A stretch of 64,000 nt of DNA, taken from Planctomycetota bacterium. Its GTDB lineage: Bacteria; Planctomycetota; GCA-002687715; CAIWVZ01. The stretch is from the NCBI GenBank assembly GCA_044222185.1, contig JBGANV010000002.1, positions 128,001 to 192,000 of the forward strand, written 5' to 3'. Position 1 is the stretch's first letter. Each line of letters starts with the position of its first letter. The position numbers and the translations under genes are program-made. Shown here piece after piece: positions 1 through 9,709 of the stretch. The notes under the pieces are model-generated. The model made no database searches. It had not been told where the DNA came from and was given only the letters and a program-made list of their open reading frames with translations.

Positions 1-342
1 CCGTTCACGCCTCATATGACGAAGGACTCGCTCGTCATGACGAAGGTCCGCGTCCGAAACACCACCAAGGCCTACCTGTTCGGAGGCTCGTTCACATCCA
101 ACGTCCGCGTGACGTGGTTCTTCGCGGACGGGACCGGTCAGATCAAGACCCCGGGACTCGTGTGCGAGGTGTTCCTGCCCCGCGAAGGACTGGCGCCCGA
201 CGAAACGGCCGAGCTCGTCGTGCCGGCGCGCATCCCACGAATGCCCGGCGTGATGACACCCACTCTCGTGGCCGGCGTCGTCGCACAGTACGTCGAGTCC
301 GCGCACGTCCTGCTGAAGGCGGCGCCGATCACCGTCGATTGA
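1..342 (+). CDS. 3' part of a gene running in from the window edge; beta-rich, possibly Ig-like C-terminal domain
   Basis: Frame is open from base 1 to TGA at 340-342; ...VRVRNT...GLAPDETAELVVPARIP resembles an Ig-like fold; sits upstream of algI on the same strand. Confidence 0.6.
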   Translation, partial: PFTPHMTKDSLVMTKVRVRNTTKAYLFGGSFTSNVRVTWFFADGTGQIKTPGLVCEVFLPREGLAPDETAELVVPARIPRMPGVMTPTLVAGVVAQYVESAHVLLKAAPITVD

Positions 343-586
343 GCTGAGCGTGCCAGGCTCGCACCTGGCATCTCCGCGTCGAAAGGTCCGGCGTCGAGTA
401 CGAAACTTGCGGGATGCCTTTCAATTTCCCGCGCCCGACGTTCGATCATTCCCTCCGTCGCGCGGAGGAACTCGCGGCCGTTGCTGGTGGGAATGCGGGG
501 GCATATGATCTCGCCTTCCCTCCCCCGCCCAGTCGTCCCCCCTCGACTGATTCCGACACCTCCGTCGCGCTCGAACGCCGGTTTCG

Positions 587-1984
587 ATGGTCTTCTCCAG
601 CCAGATCTTCATCTTCTTCTTCCTGCCGGCGGCGCTGATTCTCTATTACCTCACGCCCCGCAAGCTGAAGTCCGCATCGCTCGTCTGCATCGGGTTCGTG
701 TTCTACGGCTGGTGGCGACCCGACTTCGTCCTCCTGATGATGGTCACGGCGATCATCGACTACGTCGCAGCGATTCGCATCACGAAGGCGAGGGAGGCCG
801 AGCAAACGGGCAAAGGCTGGCTCCTGCTCTCCGTCATCTCGAACCTGGGTCTGCTCGGCTACTTCAAGTACGCCAACTTCGGCGTCGAAACGTTCAACGC
901 GCTCGTGACGCAGATGGGTGGCTCACCCGTCGCCTGGGCGGAAGTGCTGCTGCCCGTCGGGATCTCCTTCTACACGTTCAAGACGATGAGCTACACCATC
1001 GACGTGTACTGGGGGCGAGTGCGCAAGGCGCGGAACTTCATCGACTACCTGTGCTTCGTCACGATGTTCCCCGAGCTCGTGGCCGGCCCGATCATCCGCT
1101 ACATCTCGGTCGAAGATCAGCTCGTCAATCGCAAGCACTCGATCGCGAAGTTCATCCAGGGAATCGTGGCGTTCCAGTGCGGCCTGGCGAAGAAGCTGCT
1201 GATTGCCGACGTCCTGGCCTCCCTCGCCGACTCGGCGTTCGCGTCGGGATCGCTCAAGCCCTTGGAAGCGTGGATCGGCATCGTCGCCTACGCATTCCAG
1301 ATCTACTTCGATTTCTCCGGCTATTCCGACATGGCGATCGGGCTGGGGCTCATGATCGGATTCCGCTTCCCGATCAACTTCGATCAGCCCTACCGGTCGG
1401 CCAGCATCACGGAGTTCTGGCGGCGATGGCACATCTCGCTGTCCACGTGGCTGCGTGACTACCTCTACATTCCGCTCGGCGGAAACCGCAAGAGCAGCGC
1501 ACGCACCTACGTGAACCTCATGCTCACCATGCTCCTCGGCGGGCTGTGGCACGGCGCCAACTGGACGTTCATCGCGTGGGGCGCCTATCAGGGCCTTTGG
1601 CTCGTCCTCGAACGGCTCAACGGCGGCCGTGCGCTGTGGTGGTGGGCACCCAAGCCCCTGCGCGTTGCGATCACGTTCGTCGCCGTTCTCGTGGGCTGGG
1701 TGCTCTTCCGCGCCTCGACCATGGAGCTCGCCCTCAAGTACATCCGCATGATGTTCGACGTCCGCCACTACTTCGACGCGCCGTTCGCGTGGCTCGACGT
1801 CCGACCGCTACACGTCGTGATGCTCCTCGTCGCTGGCGTCGTCACCTGGATGTTCACGACCACGCAGAACATCGTGGCCGCGATGAAGCCGGTGCAGGTC
1901 CTCGCGGCCCAGCCACTCTTCGCTCTCGCCGTGTTCCAACTGCTCTACCAGCAAAATGTCCCATTCCTCTACTTCCAGTTCTGA
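587..1984 (+). CDS. algI: MBOAT family O-acyltransferase, AlgI/DltB type
   Basis: MVFSS..F.FFFLP start, LPVGISFYTF, AGPIIR, QIYFDFSGYSDMAIG, FWRRWHISLSTWLRDYLYIPLGG, GLWHGA, C-terminal PFLYFQF. Confidence 0.93.
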   Translation: MVFSSQIFIFFFLPAALILYYLTPRKLKSASLVCIGFVFYGWWRPDFVLLMMVTAIIDYVAAIRITKAREAEQTGKGWLLLSVISNLGLLGYFKYANFGVETFNALVTQMGGSPVAWAEVLLPVGISFYTFKTMSYTIDVYWGRVRKARNFIDYLCFVTMFPELVAGPIIRYISVEDQLVNRKHSIAKFIQGIVAFQCGLAKKLLIADVLASLADSAFASGSLKPLEAWIGIVAYAFQIYFDFSGYSDMAIGLGLMIGFRFPINFDQPYRSASITEFWRRWHISLSTWLRDYLYIPLGGNRKSSARTYVNLMLTMLLGGLWHGANWTFIAWGAYQGLWLVLERLNGGRALWWWAPKPLRVAITFVAVLVGWVLFRASTMELALKYIRMMFDVRHYFDAPFAWLDVRPLHVVMLLVAGVVTWMFTTTQNIVAAMKPVQVLAAQPLFALAVFQLLYQQNVPFLYFQF

Positions 1985-3926
1985 CGACCGCCCGGTCGGA
2001 TACGACGCACGGGATCTCGTCCCGATCTGCGACTCCGTATTCGGATCGCCGCTCCGCAAGGTCGCCGCCTGGTTCGCGGCCGGCGTCTTCGCGCTCGTCG
2101 TCGGAGGCGGGTGCCTGGTCGATTCGATCTGGCCCCAACCGCTCCCGAAGCTGGTGGGGTTCGAGAAGGACCGCGAAGACAAGATGCGGAGGGACGCGAA
2201 CTTCCCCGACGGCAGCCTCGCGCGCCTCATCGAGCACGACGTGCGTACGCGATCCACGGTGCGGTCGACTCTCCTGCCCTATTACGCCGGAGCCCTCTGC
2301 CAGTGGTTCGCGGAAGCCGACCCCACCTCGGTCCTCATCGGTCGGAACGGGTGGATGTTCATGTTCTCGCGCCTCTATGCGGCGCCGGCGGCACCGGAGC
2401 GACTGACGGACCGTTACGCGGGCATGCTCTCGGCCGCCAACCGTCGCTTTCAGCGGTTCGGGACCGAGTTGCTCGTGCTGCCACTCCCTCGCAAGGAGGA
2501 GATCTACACGGATCAGATGCGTCGCCCCACGCCGCGCATCGGGCTGAAGCTCTATCCGCGGCTGCTTCAGGCCCTCCGCGAACGCGGCGTGCCTGTCGCG
2601 GATCCCGAACCGGTCTGGCGCAAGAACAAGGACGCTGGCGTCTATTGCAAGACGGATTCGCACTGGAGCCCCTACGGAGCATTGCTCGCGGCAGAGCTCA
2701 CGGCGCAACAGGCCGGCATCCTGAAACCCGAGGCAGAACGAAAGACCGTGCGCAAGGAACTCCGCGACGGCTTCCAGCCCTTCGGGGATCTGCTGCGGCT
2801 AGGTGGCATCCTGCGGAGCGACGGCTCGGGCGTCACGTCGATGCGCGAATCGCTGACGTATTTCGGGTACACCACGGCCGCGACCGGCGCCGACTTCAGG
2901 TTCCGCGGTTCGCCCAAGACGACCGACTGCGCGCTCGTGGGAACGAGCTTCACCGCCGACCTCGACCGATTCCCGACCGCGATCACGCACTTCACCGACC
3001 GCGAATGGTGGATCGGCTCGGCGCGCGCCACGGGCCCCATGCAACCCATGCGAAAAGCCATCGGCGAGTTCCTGAAAACGGGGTTCCCCAAGCTTCTCGT
3101 CTGGGAGATTCCGACCCACTACTTCTTCTGCCTGCAGTCCACGTTCGATGGGCTCGGTGACGCGCTCGCGGCCCTCCCGCCCACCGGCCTTCGCGCCGTC
3201 GACGAGAGCGAGGGTTCGCCCGCGGAACCGCTGCTGTCCAACGCGGCCGAGGTCAAGCCGGGCGTACTGCAGGTCGGTGGCCAGGCGAAGGCTGGCTACA
3301 CGACTCCCGGACGCTTCGTCGAGTCGGCAGACGGCACGTTCTCCATCCGGCTCGTGGGGACCGTCGAGAAGGCCTCGGTGATCTTCAACGTCGAGACGCC
3401 AACCGACCGGGTGACGACGACGCTGGCCCCCGGCCGGGTCGACGTTTCCCTTCCGATCACCGGATACGCGCCCATGTCCCGCGTCGGGTTCACCCTCCGC
3501 GCGCCTTCGGGCACGGCGACGGTCACGCTCGACTCGGTCACGATCGTGAGTGGGCTGGAGAAGCGAGGCGCTTCCGTGAAGGACGGCATCCCGCCACCAA
3601 CCCCAGCCGGCGCCGGCTGGGTGCAGGCGTTGGCGTTCACGGCGGACGCGCCCGCGGACCCGAAGAACGGGTGCATGCTGCGGGTCGAGATCGCCGCCAT
3701 GCCGCCCACCGCCTACCCGATCGCCGTGGCGCGCGTCGATGCGAGCGGCAACCCAGCCGGAACGCTGATGGAGATCCCGGAAGGGAAGTCGCGGCACACG
3801 GTGTTCGTCCCGATCCCCGCCGGGCAAGCGGCGGGCACATGGACGGTGGGCGTAGGCAGCCGGACGGGCACCGCTCCCAAGGTCGCCATGACTTCGGTCG
3901 CGCGTTACGACGTCTCGGCGCCCTGA
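1956..3926 (+). CDS. AlgJ/AlgX-like SGNH O-acetyltransferase with extra C-terminal beta-rich domains
   Basis: N-terminal TM, VLIGRNGWMF, YCKTDSHWSPYGA (D-x-H-W), ALVGTSFT (G-T-S), PKLLVWEIP; overlaps the algI stop. Confidence 0.82.
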   Translation: MSHSSTSSSDDRPVGYDARDLVPICDSVFGSPLRKVAAWFAAGVFALVVGGGCLVDSIWPQPLPKLVGFEKDREDKMRRDANFPDGSLARLIEHDVRTRSTVRSTLLPYYAGALCQWFAEADPTSVLIGRNGWMFMFSRLYAAPAAPERLTDRYAGMLSAANRRFQRFGTELLVLPLPRKEEIYTDQMRRPTPRIGLKLYPRLLQALRERGVPVADPEPVWRKNKDAGVYCKTDSHWSPYGALLAAELTAQQAGILKPEAERKTVRKELRDGFQPFGDLLRLGGILRSDGSGVTSMRESLTYFGYTTAATGADFRFRGSPKTTDCALVGTSFTADLDRFPTAITHFTDREWWIGSARATGPMQPMRKAIGEFLKTGFPKLLVWEIPTHYFFCLQSTFDGLGDALAALPPTGLRAVDESEGSPAEPLLSNAAEVKPGVLQVGGQAKAGYTTPGRFVESADGTFSIRLVGTVEKASVIFNVETPTDRVTTTLAPGRVDVSLPITGYAPMSRVGFTLRAPSGTATVTLDSVTIVSGLEKRGASVKDGIPPPTPAGAGWVQALAFTADAPADPKNGCMLRVEIAAMPPTAYPIAVARVDASGNPAGTLMEIPEGKSRHTVFVPIPAGQAAGTWTVGVGSRTGTAPKVAMTSVARYDVSAP

Positions 3927-3938
3927 TCGGGCACGCCT

Positions 3939-6086
3939 TCAGCGCGGCAGATCGACGGTGAACCGCCCGAACTTCGGGAGGTTCGTGTCGGTGATCAGCA
4001 CGTGGTCTTCGGGCGCGCGACCCGGGCCCGCACGTCGCATGCCGACCCGCACGGGCTGCATCGGATCGATGCCCACGTTGAAGTAGATGCAGCGGACCGC
4101 CACGTTCGCGCTCGTCCCACCCGCGGGAAGCGGAACCATGGGAAGACTCAGGCTCTGCTTCAGGTCCTTGCCGGAATAGAGCTGGCAGAAGAGCTCGAAC
4201 CCGTCCGGGCTCTTGGCCGTCGGATCCCAGAACGTCGCCACGCAGCCCGTCTTGTCGCTCGCCGCACCGACCTCGACGCCGACGAGATGCCACCCGTTTC
4301 CGAACTTCACGTCGACGCGCTTCACGCGGGGGTCGTCGAGCGCGGACGCCGGCATGACGGGGGCGCGCTCCCCCGGATGAATGAACTGCAACAGCGTCAG
4401 TTCGCATTCCGTCGACATCTTGACCTTGTCGATCGTGAGGACCTGGACACCGAGGGAACGGCAACGGTCGAAGTACTGCGGGAACTGCAGAAACACGTCG
4501 TCCGGCCACCGGCGTAGACCAGGCATGTCGACGATCATGAAGTCGAACTTCGCAGCTTCGGCGAGGAACTCGGCATCGGTGAGCTTCTTGCCGACCGGCA
4601 CGGCCTCGGCGGCGTACGAGACACCGCGCCGTAGGGCGACGTAGCGCATGTTCCCCGTGTTCATGTAGTCGTGGTTGGCGGGCGGCGGACCCTGGCCCAG
4701 CCGAATCTGCTGTCTCGGCAGGTGCACGAGCATGACGTCGAGGAATCGCTCGAGGGGCCACGTCTCGCCTTCCGGCGCGGCATTGACCCCGAGCTGTCGC
4801 GCGAGGACGCCGCCATAGCAGTCGTAGGAGGAGATCACCTCGATCTGACCGATCGTCGGACCCTCCACGTCCTTGTAGAGCGGGCGGTAAACGAGCGCGA
4901 TCGTGCCGATGCACGTCAGGCCGAAGAGGACTGCGAGCGTCGCCCGCAGCCGACCGGGAGCCATGTCCTTGATCACGCAAGCCGTCAACAACAGCGCGAT
5001 CGGCGGCGTGGTGATCATGTACTCACTGTTCCCCGATGCCTGCCCCTTCAGGATGATCAGGAACGCCGCGATGAGACTCCCCGCGAGTGTCCAGCCGGCG
5101 GCGATGTTCAGTCCGGGGACCTTGGGCGTGCGCGTGACGAGTCGCCGCAGGCCTCCAATGGCGCCGGCAATCAACGCCCCGACGATCCACGACGCCAGGA
5201 AGAACCCCGTCCCCTTGTTGACGACGGCGCGCGGGTAATAGATCCACCGCTCCAGGCTCCAGAATGGAACGCCGCCCGAGTACTTCACCTGCCCCGCATC
5301 GCCCGTGACCTCGGTCACGTACTCGTAAGTGACCCGCCAGTGGCGGCCATACCAGATGGCACACACGGCGAGGAGCGCGATGCACGCCGCGACTGCATTG
5401 ATGATCACGGTCTTGCGGGGCCGCGCGCGCAGAAGGCCGACGGCGAGGGCCACGGCCCCGCCGCCCACGAGGTAGAGCGGAGCGAGCATGAACGTGAGCG
5501 TCGCCAAGGCCGACAACACGCCGAAGCCGATGGAGTGACCAAGCCGCGTGAACGCGCGGCTGCGAAGCAGCGAGTCGAGCGCCCAGAGTATGAGCACCGT
5601 CATGGGGAACTTGGCCTGATAGGCCCGCGTCTCCACGAGAAGCACGGGCGCCGACATGATGGCGGCCGACGCGAGAAGGCTGAACCACCGGCCGCCGAAG
5701 TTCCGCGCCAGGCGATAGCCCACGAAGGGCAAGAGCGCGAGGAAGATCATCTCGGCGAGCCATTGGGTCTTCACCGAGACCTCGCCGTAGGGCACCGACA
5801 TGGCGGCAACGAGCATGGTTCCGATGGGTGGATGCGGGCGATCGTGGTCGAGGGCCGACTTGAGCCAACCCATCGGGCCGCCGGACTTCCACGCCTCGAG
5901 CATGCGCCACGAATCGATCCGAAACCACGCCGCGTCCTGATACGGAGGTCGCGCCGAGAAGAAGCCATTGCCATGCATCCACCACGTGGACAAACCGACG
6001 TGGGCGACCATGAGCACCAACAAGAGGGTGAGAACGATGAGTCGCCCCGGCTCACGGGCCGGGGCGGGCGTGGGGGATTCAGTCAT
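3939..6086 (-). CDS. GT-C fold (ArnT/GT39/PMT-like) membrane glycosyltransferase
   Basis: PYQDAA early loop, RPHPP motif, about 11 TM segments, periplasmic C-terminal domain (VDVKFGNGWHLVG); start set at ATG of MTESP. Confidence 0.7.
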   Translation of the reverse strand: MTESPTPAPAREPGRLIVLTLLLVLMVAHVGLSTWWMHGNGFFSARPPYQDAAWFRIDSWRMLEAWKSGGPMGWLKSALDHDRPHPPIGTMLVAAMSVPYGEVSVKTQWLAEMIFLALLPFVGYRLARNFGGRWFSLLASAAIMSAPVLLVETRAYQAKFPMTVLILWALDSLLRSRAFTRLGHSIGFGVLSALATLTFMLAPLYLVGGGAVALAVGLLRARPRKTVIINAVAACIALLAVCAIWYGRHWRVTYEYVTEVTGDAGQVKYSGGVPFWSLERWIYYPRAVVNKGTGFFLASWIVGALIAGAIGGLRRLVTRTPKVPGLNIAAGWTLAGSLIAAFLIILKGQASGNSEYMITTPPIALLLTACVIKDMAPGRLRATLAVLFGLTCIGTIALVYRPLYKDVEGPTIGQIEVISSYDCYGGVLARQLGVNAAPEGETWPLERFLDVMLVHLPRQQIRLGQGPPPANHDYMNTGNMRYVALRRGVSYAAEAVPVGKKLTDAEFLAEAAKFDFMIVDMPGLRRWPDDVFLQFPQYFDRCRSLGVQVLTIDKVKMSTECELTLLQFIHPGERAPVMPASALDDPRVKRVDVKFGNGWHLVGVEVGAASDKTGCVATFWDPTAKSPDGFELFCQLYSGKDLKQSLSLPMVPLPAGGTSANVAVRCIYFNVGIDPMQPVRVGMRRAGPGRAPEDHVLITDTNLPKFGRFTVDLPR

Positions 6087-6176
6087 CGAGTGGGGACCTC
6101 GGCAGCGGAAATCGACTACCGATCGTCGAGTGGTGTGGGCGCGCGCCATGCCCTGCCTCGGCGCGCGGGTTTGAGT

Positions 6177-7847
6177 TCACTTCTTCGCGTCGGTGGCCGG
6201 AGCGCTGGCGGGCGCGCTCGCTGGCTTGGGCAACGCTCCCGGCGGAAGTGTGATTTCGACGAGGTCGCCGCTCACACCCCGAGGCGTGATTCCGACACCG
6301 TTCCCGAAGAGGTTCCGGAACTTGTTGACGACCGTGCGTCCCGCATCCGTCATCTCACGGAAGATGCGATCGGATGTTCGGAGCCTCTCCATGGTCCGCG
6401 CGCTCGCTGCATTGTTCGGGTTGAGGTCGAGCGCGTCGATCACGGGGCGGAAACAGAAGTCGATGCGAATGTTTCCGAACGTGACGATGTTGTCCTTCTG
6501 CGTGAACCCGACTTCCGGGTGCGTGATGAGGTGGAAGGCGTTGGCCGAGATGTCATCCCAGTAGTCGACGATCACGAGCCAGCGCTCCTTGCGGTTCGGG
6601 TCGGCCGCGGCGAGCGCCGCCAGGTCCTTTCCGGCTGCATCCTGCGGGATCGGTTGCCGCGGCAGCGGGAACCACTTCTGCATGATCGGAGCGCCGTAGA
6701 ACTGTCGGCCGTCGCCCGTCGAATACGTCATGGGCTTGAACCAGTCGGATTCGCCGCCCGGCAGTGTTCCCGGCATGGCGCCAGCCTGCGAGATGAACAG
6801 GTGCTGGCAAAGGAGGGCGAACAGAAGGATGAGCCCGGGGACCCGCAGAATCATGTGCCGGCGCGCGAGCGCGCGGATGAAGGCCTCGATCCCGAGCGCG
6901 CCGCAGACGGCGATCGGCATGACGAGGAGCATGGCGTAGCGCGGCGTGGTCGCCCATGTGAAATAGAAGAGGAACGGTGCCCCGGTGGCCAGGAGCAGCG
7001 TCTTCCAAAGCACGGGGAGGCGACCCAGTGCCGGCCAACCGGCTGCGGCCGTCAGCAACACCGTCGGGCCGATGCCCCAGTAGAAGTACGTCATCCAGAA
7101 CCCGCGCGACTCGGTGTTGAAGAGGACGTATGTGATCTGATCCGACAGGAGCTTGGCCCCGATGGCCGCGGCGCCCATGCGCGCGATCCACATCGCGAGC
7201 CCGACGCCGAGGATCACGAGCGGCGTCTGCCGCCAGGAACCGCCTTCACGCTTCCACAGGTAGAAGGCGAGCGCGGGGGCTTCGAGGATGGCATCGGAGC
7301 GGAAGAGCATCGCTGCGGAGTGGAGCACCGCAGCCAGGATCGCTCCGCGCCAACCCGGCAGGCGACTCGCCGCCACGAACGCCGCGAGGACCGCTGTCGC
7401 CGATGGCAGCGCGGTGTTGCCGTAGGTCGTCACCCGCCAGAGCAGCGGGCTCAACAACACGCCGAACCCCACGAGCAGGCGGGCGCGCCGCGAGAGGTCG
7501 CGAGGGAACGCCAGAAGCCCCAGCAGCGTGAGCAGCACGCCACAGGTCGGCGAGATCGCGATCATGATGTCGCGGATCCGCGTCAGGTCGCCGCCACCGG
7601 TCAGGTGATAGAGCCCGCGTGCAAGCCCGTAATACCCGATCTGCTCGGGAAAGTTGTACCGGCGTGCCGGCACGTCCCGCTCGAGCGAGATGGCACCGAA
7701 AGCTATCGCGGCCTGGTCGCCGTCCGTCAGGCGACCGAAGTCGGCGTAAGAGAACCGTAGAAACGTTGCAAGCGCGACAACGGCCAATCCCAGGGTCGCA
7801 AAGACCCTCGGGGAGACGTCGTTGTCGAATCCCGGCCTGGCATCCAT
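6177..7847 (-). CDS. Multi-pass membrane protein, probable GT-C glycosyltransferase
   Basis: First TM followed by acidic DGD loop, FRSDA and TPRYAMLL motifs typical of GT-C proteins; adjacent to the ArnT-like gene. Confidence 0.55.
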   Translation of the reverse strand: MDARPGFDNDVSPRVFATLGLAVVALATFLRFSYADFGRLTDGDQAAIAFGAISLERDVPARRYNFPEQIGYYGLARGLYHLTGGGDLTRIRDIMIAISPTCGVLLTLLGLLAFPRDLSRRARLLVGFGVLLSPLLWRVTTYGNTALPSATAVLAAFVAASRLPGWRGAILAAVLHSAAMLFRSDAILEAPALAFYLWKREGGSWRQTPLVILGVGLAMWIARMGAAAIGAKLLSDQITYVLFNTESRGFWMTYFYWGIGPTVLLTAAAGWPALGRLPVLWKTLLLATGAPFLFYFTWATTPRYAMLLVMPIAVCGALGIEAFIRALARRHMILRVPGLILLFALLCQHLFISQAGAMPGTLPGGESDWFKPMTYSTGDGRQFYGAPIMQKWFPLPRQPIPQDAAGKDLAALAAADPNRKERWLVIVDYWDDISANAFHLITHPEVGFTQKDNIVTFGNIRIDFCFRPVIDALDLNPNNAASARTMERLRTSDRIFREMTDAGRTVVNKFRNLFGNGVGITPRGVSGDLVEITLPPGALPKPASAPASAPATDAKK

Positions 7848-8209
7848 GAGGGAGGGGTTCCTTGGAATGTCATCGACCTGGGCACCGGCACCGTGCCGGG
7901 ACCTTGCGGTGAGGGATCATTGGGTGATCGGTCATTTGAGCGCATTGGCCGCGCGCCCGGGTTCAGGCCCGAGCGGCCGGCCGGAGGCCTGCGAGCGGCG
8001 CGCCGCCGAGTCGGACGGAACCAAACGTCCGCTGGACCGGTCGGGGCGCCGACGGGCGCGGACCGTACTACCGGCCTCGGGAAACTGCAAGCGGGAATCA
8101 CTCCGCTGCACCGCAGGGAACGGATCCGCGCGCTGAGAAAAACTGTGCGTCGCAGCACGGTAGCCGCCCGGCCATGCGCGGCATTCGGCCGGGCGGTGCC
8201 ATCACCCGA

Positions 8210-9556
8210 TCAGATCGCCGTGGCCGTCTGCGTCTTCGGGTCGAATCGCCAGGCCTTCCCCTCCCAGAGCGAGCGGGTGGCGAGGTCGACGATGACCATC
8301 ACCTTGCAGGCGAATGCCACCGGGCTGACGTTGGGCTTGCGAGTCCGGATGGAATTCATCCAGTCGACCCGCAGCTCGATCTGGTCGTCCTGCCCCTTGC
8401 ACTCGATCTTCTTCTCCTCGATCTCGTCGGCGAACACGCGCTCGGGCCGCAGGACGCAGTTGTTCCCGCCCAGGAGCAGATTGGCCTGATGCCCGCGGAT
8501 CAGCGTCTCCAGGCCGGACTCGTTGCACGTGGAACCGGCAACGACCATGGTGTGCTCGTTCTCGAACTCGATCGTGAGGTGAACCTGGTCGTGGTTCTCC
8601 ATCTTCTTGTCGACGTAGTGGCCGCCCGCGGCGGAGACGCGCACCGGCCAGCCCAGGTTGGTCGCCCAGATCAACGGCGTCATCTGGTGGACGAGAAGGT
8701 CACCCACGATCCCCGTCGACCACTTCCGATAGCGGCGCCAGCGGTGGAACACCTCGGTGTCGAACGGCTGCGCGCCCAGGGGGCCGCACCAGGCATCCCA
8801 GTCGAGCATCTCGCCCGGCTTCACCTCCGGGTTGATCTTGTAGAGCCACTCGCCGTCTTTCGAATTGCGGCAGTAGCTCGTCTGGCTCAACGTCAGATGT
8901 CCCAGCACCCCCGTGTCGATTATCTTCTTCGCCTCGATGTACTTGGGGGTCAGCATGTACTGGGTGCCGACCTGGAAGATCTGCTCGTTGGCGTCGACGA
9001 CCTTCTTGATGCGGAAGGCATCCTCGAAGGTCAGCGTCATGGGCTTCTCGCAGTAGACGTCCTTGCCCGCCAGGATGCTGTCGATCGACATCTGCGCGTG
9101 CCAGTGCTCCGGCGCCGCGATCAAGACGCCGTGGATGTCGTCCCGGGCGATGAGGTCCTTGTAATTGCGATACCCGTCGACCTTGGTCTTCTGGCGGTCG
9201 CTGCACTTCTTGACCGCGTGGTCGAGGTTCGGCTTGCAGACGTCGGCGACGGCGGCGATCTCGCATTTGACCCGGTTCGAGGAGTTCAGCCCCATGAACG
9301 CGTCCAAGTGCGCCGAGCCCATGCCGCCCACGCCGATGACTCCGATGCGGAGCGGAGCACCCTCATCGAGCTTGGCTCGGGGCTTGGCCTTTTGCGCGGC
9401 GTCCTGTGGGACCACCACCGACGGGCGCGGCTCTGCCGGGACGGACGCGCGGGCGATCCCGCTGGCCGCGGCGAGGACGGCCGCCTTGCGCAGGAAGTCT
9501 CGACGGGAGGAGTTCTCGGGCGATCCCGAACGGTCTGACGGTTTTGTGGGCTTCAT
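8210..9556 (-). CDS. Tat-exported Gfo/Idh/MocA family oxidoreductase
   Basis: SRRDFLRK twin-arginine motif, IGVIGVGGMG Rossmann motif, APEHWH, GKDVYCEKP, GDLLVH. Confidence 0.92.
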   Translation of the reverse strand: MKPTKPSDRSGSPENSSRRDFLRKAAVLAAASGIARASVPAEPRPSVVVPQDAAQKAKPRAKLDEGAPLRIGVIGVGGMGSAHLDAFMGLNSSNRVKCEIAAVADVCKPNLDHAVKKCSDRQKTKVDGYRNYKDLIARDDIHGVLIAAPEHWHAQMSIDSILAGKDVYCEKPMTLTFEDAFRIKKVVDANEQIFQVGTQYMLTPKYIEAKKIIDTGVLGHLTLSQTSYCRNSKDGEWLYKINPEVKPGEMLDWDAWCGPLGAQPFDTEVFHRWRRYRKWSTGIVGDLLVHQMTPLIWATNLGWPVRVSAAGGHYVDKKMENHDQVHLTIEFENEHTMVVAGSTCNESGLETLIRGHQANLLLGGNNCVLRPERVFADEIEEKKIECKGQDDQIELRVDWMNSIRTRKPNVSPVAFACKVMVIVDLATRSLWEGKAWRFDPKTQTATAI

Positions 9557-9569
9557 TGGGAGGGCGGCG

Positions 9570-9599
9570 ATTCTATAGGCGCGGTTCAAAAACGGGCAA
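9570..9599 (-). promoter_or_regulatory. Candidate sigma70 promoter for the oxidoreductase gene
   Basis: Minus strand TTGCCC-N18-TAGAAT ending 13 nt upstream of ATG 9556. Confidence 0.35.
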
Positions 9600-9709
9600 C
9601 GGGGAACTGCAACAACGTTCGGCGCCTGATCCGCGTAAGCCCGTGACTCAGACCCGGCGACGAGCGCCCAGCCCCGGAACCACACGCTCACCCCGCGGCC
9701 CCACTCCGA

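Noticed and set aside
4671-7760. 1029-aa plus-strand ORF
   Set aside because: Antisense shadow of two GT-C genes; Arg/Gly-rich with no motifs, typical of high-GC DNA
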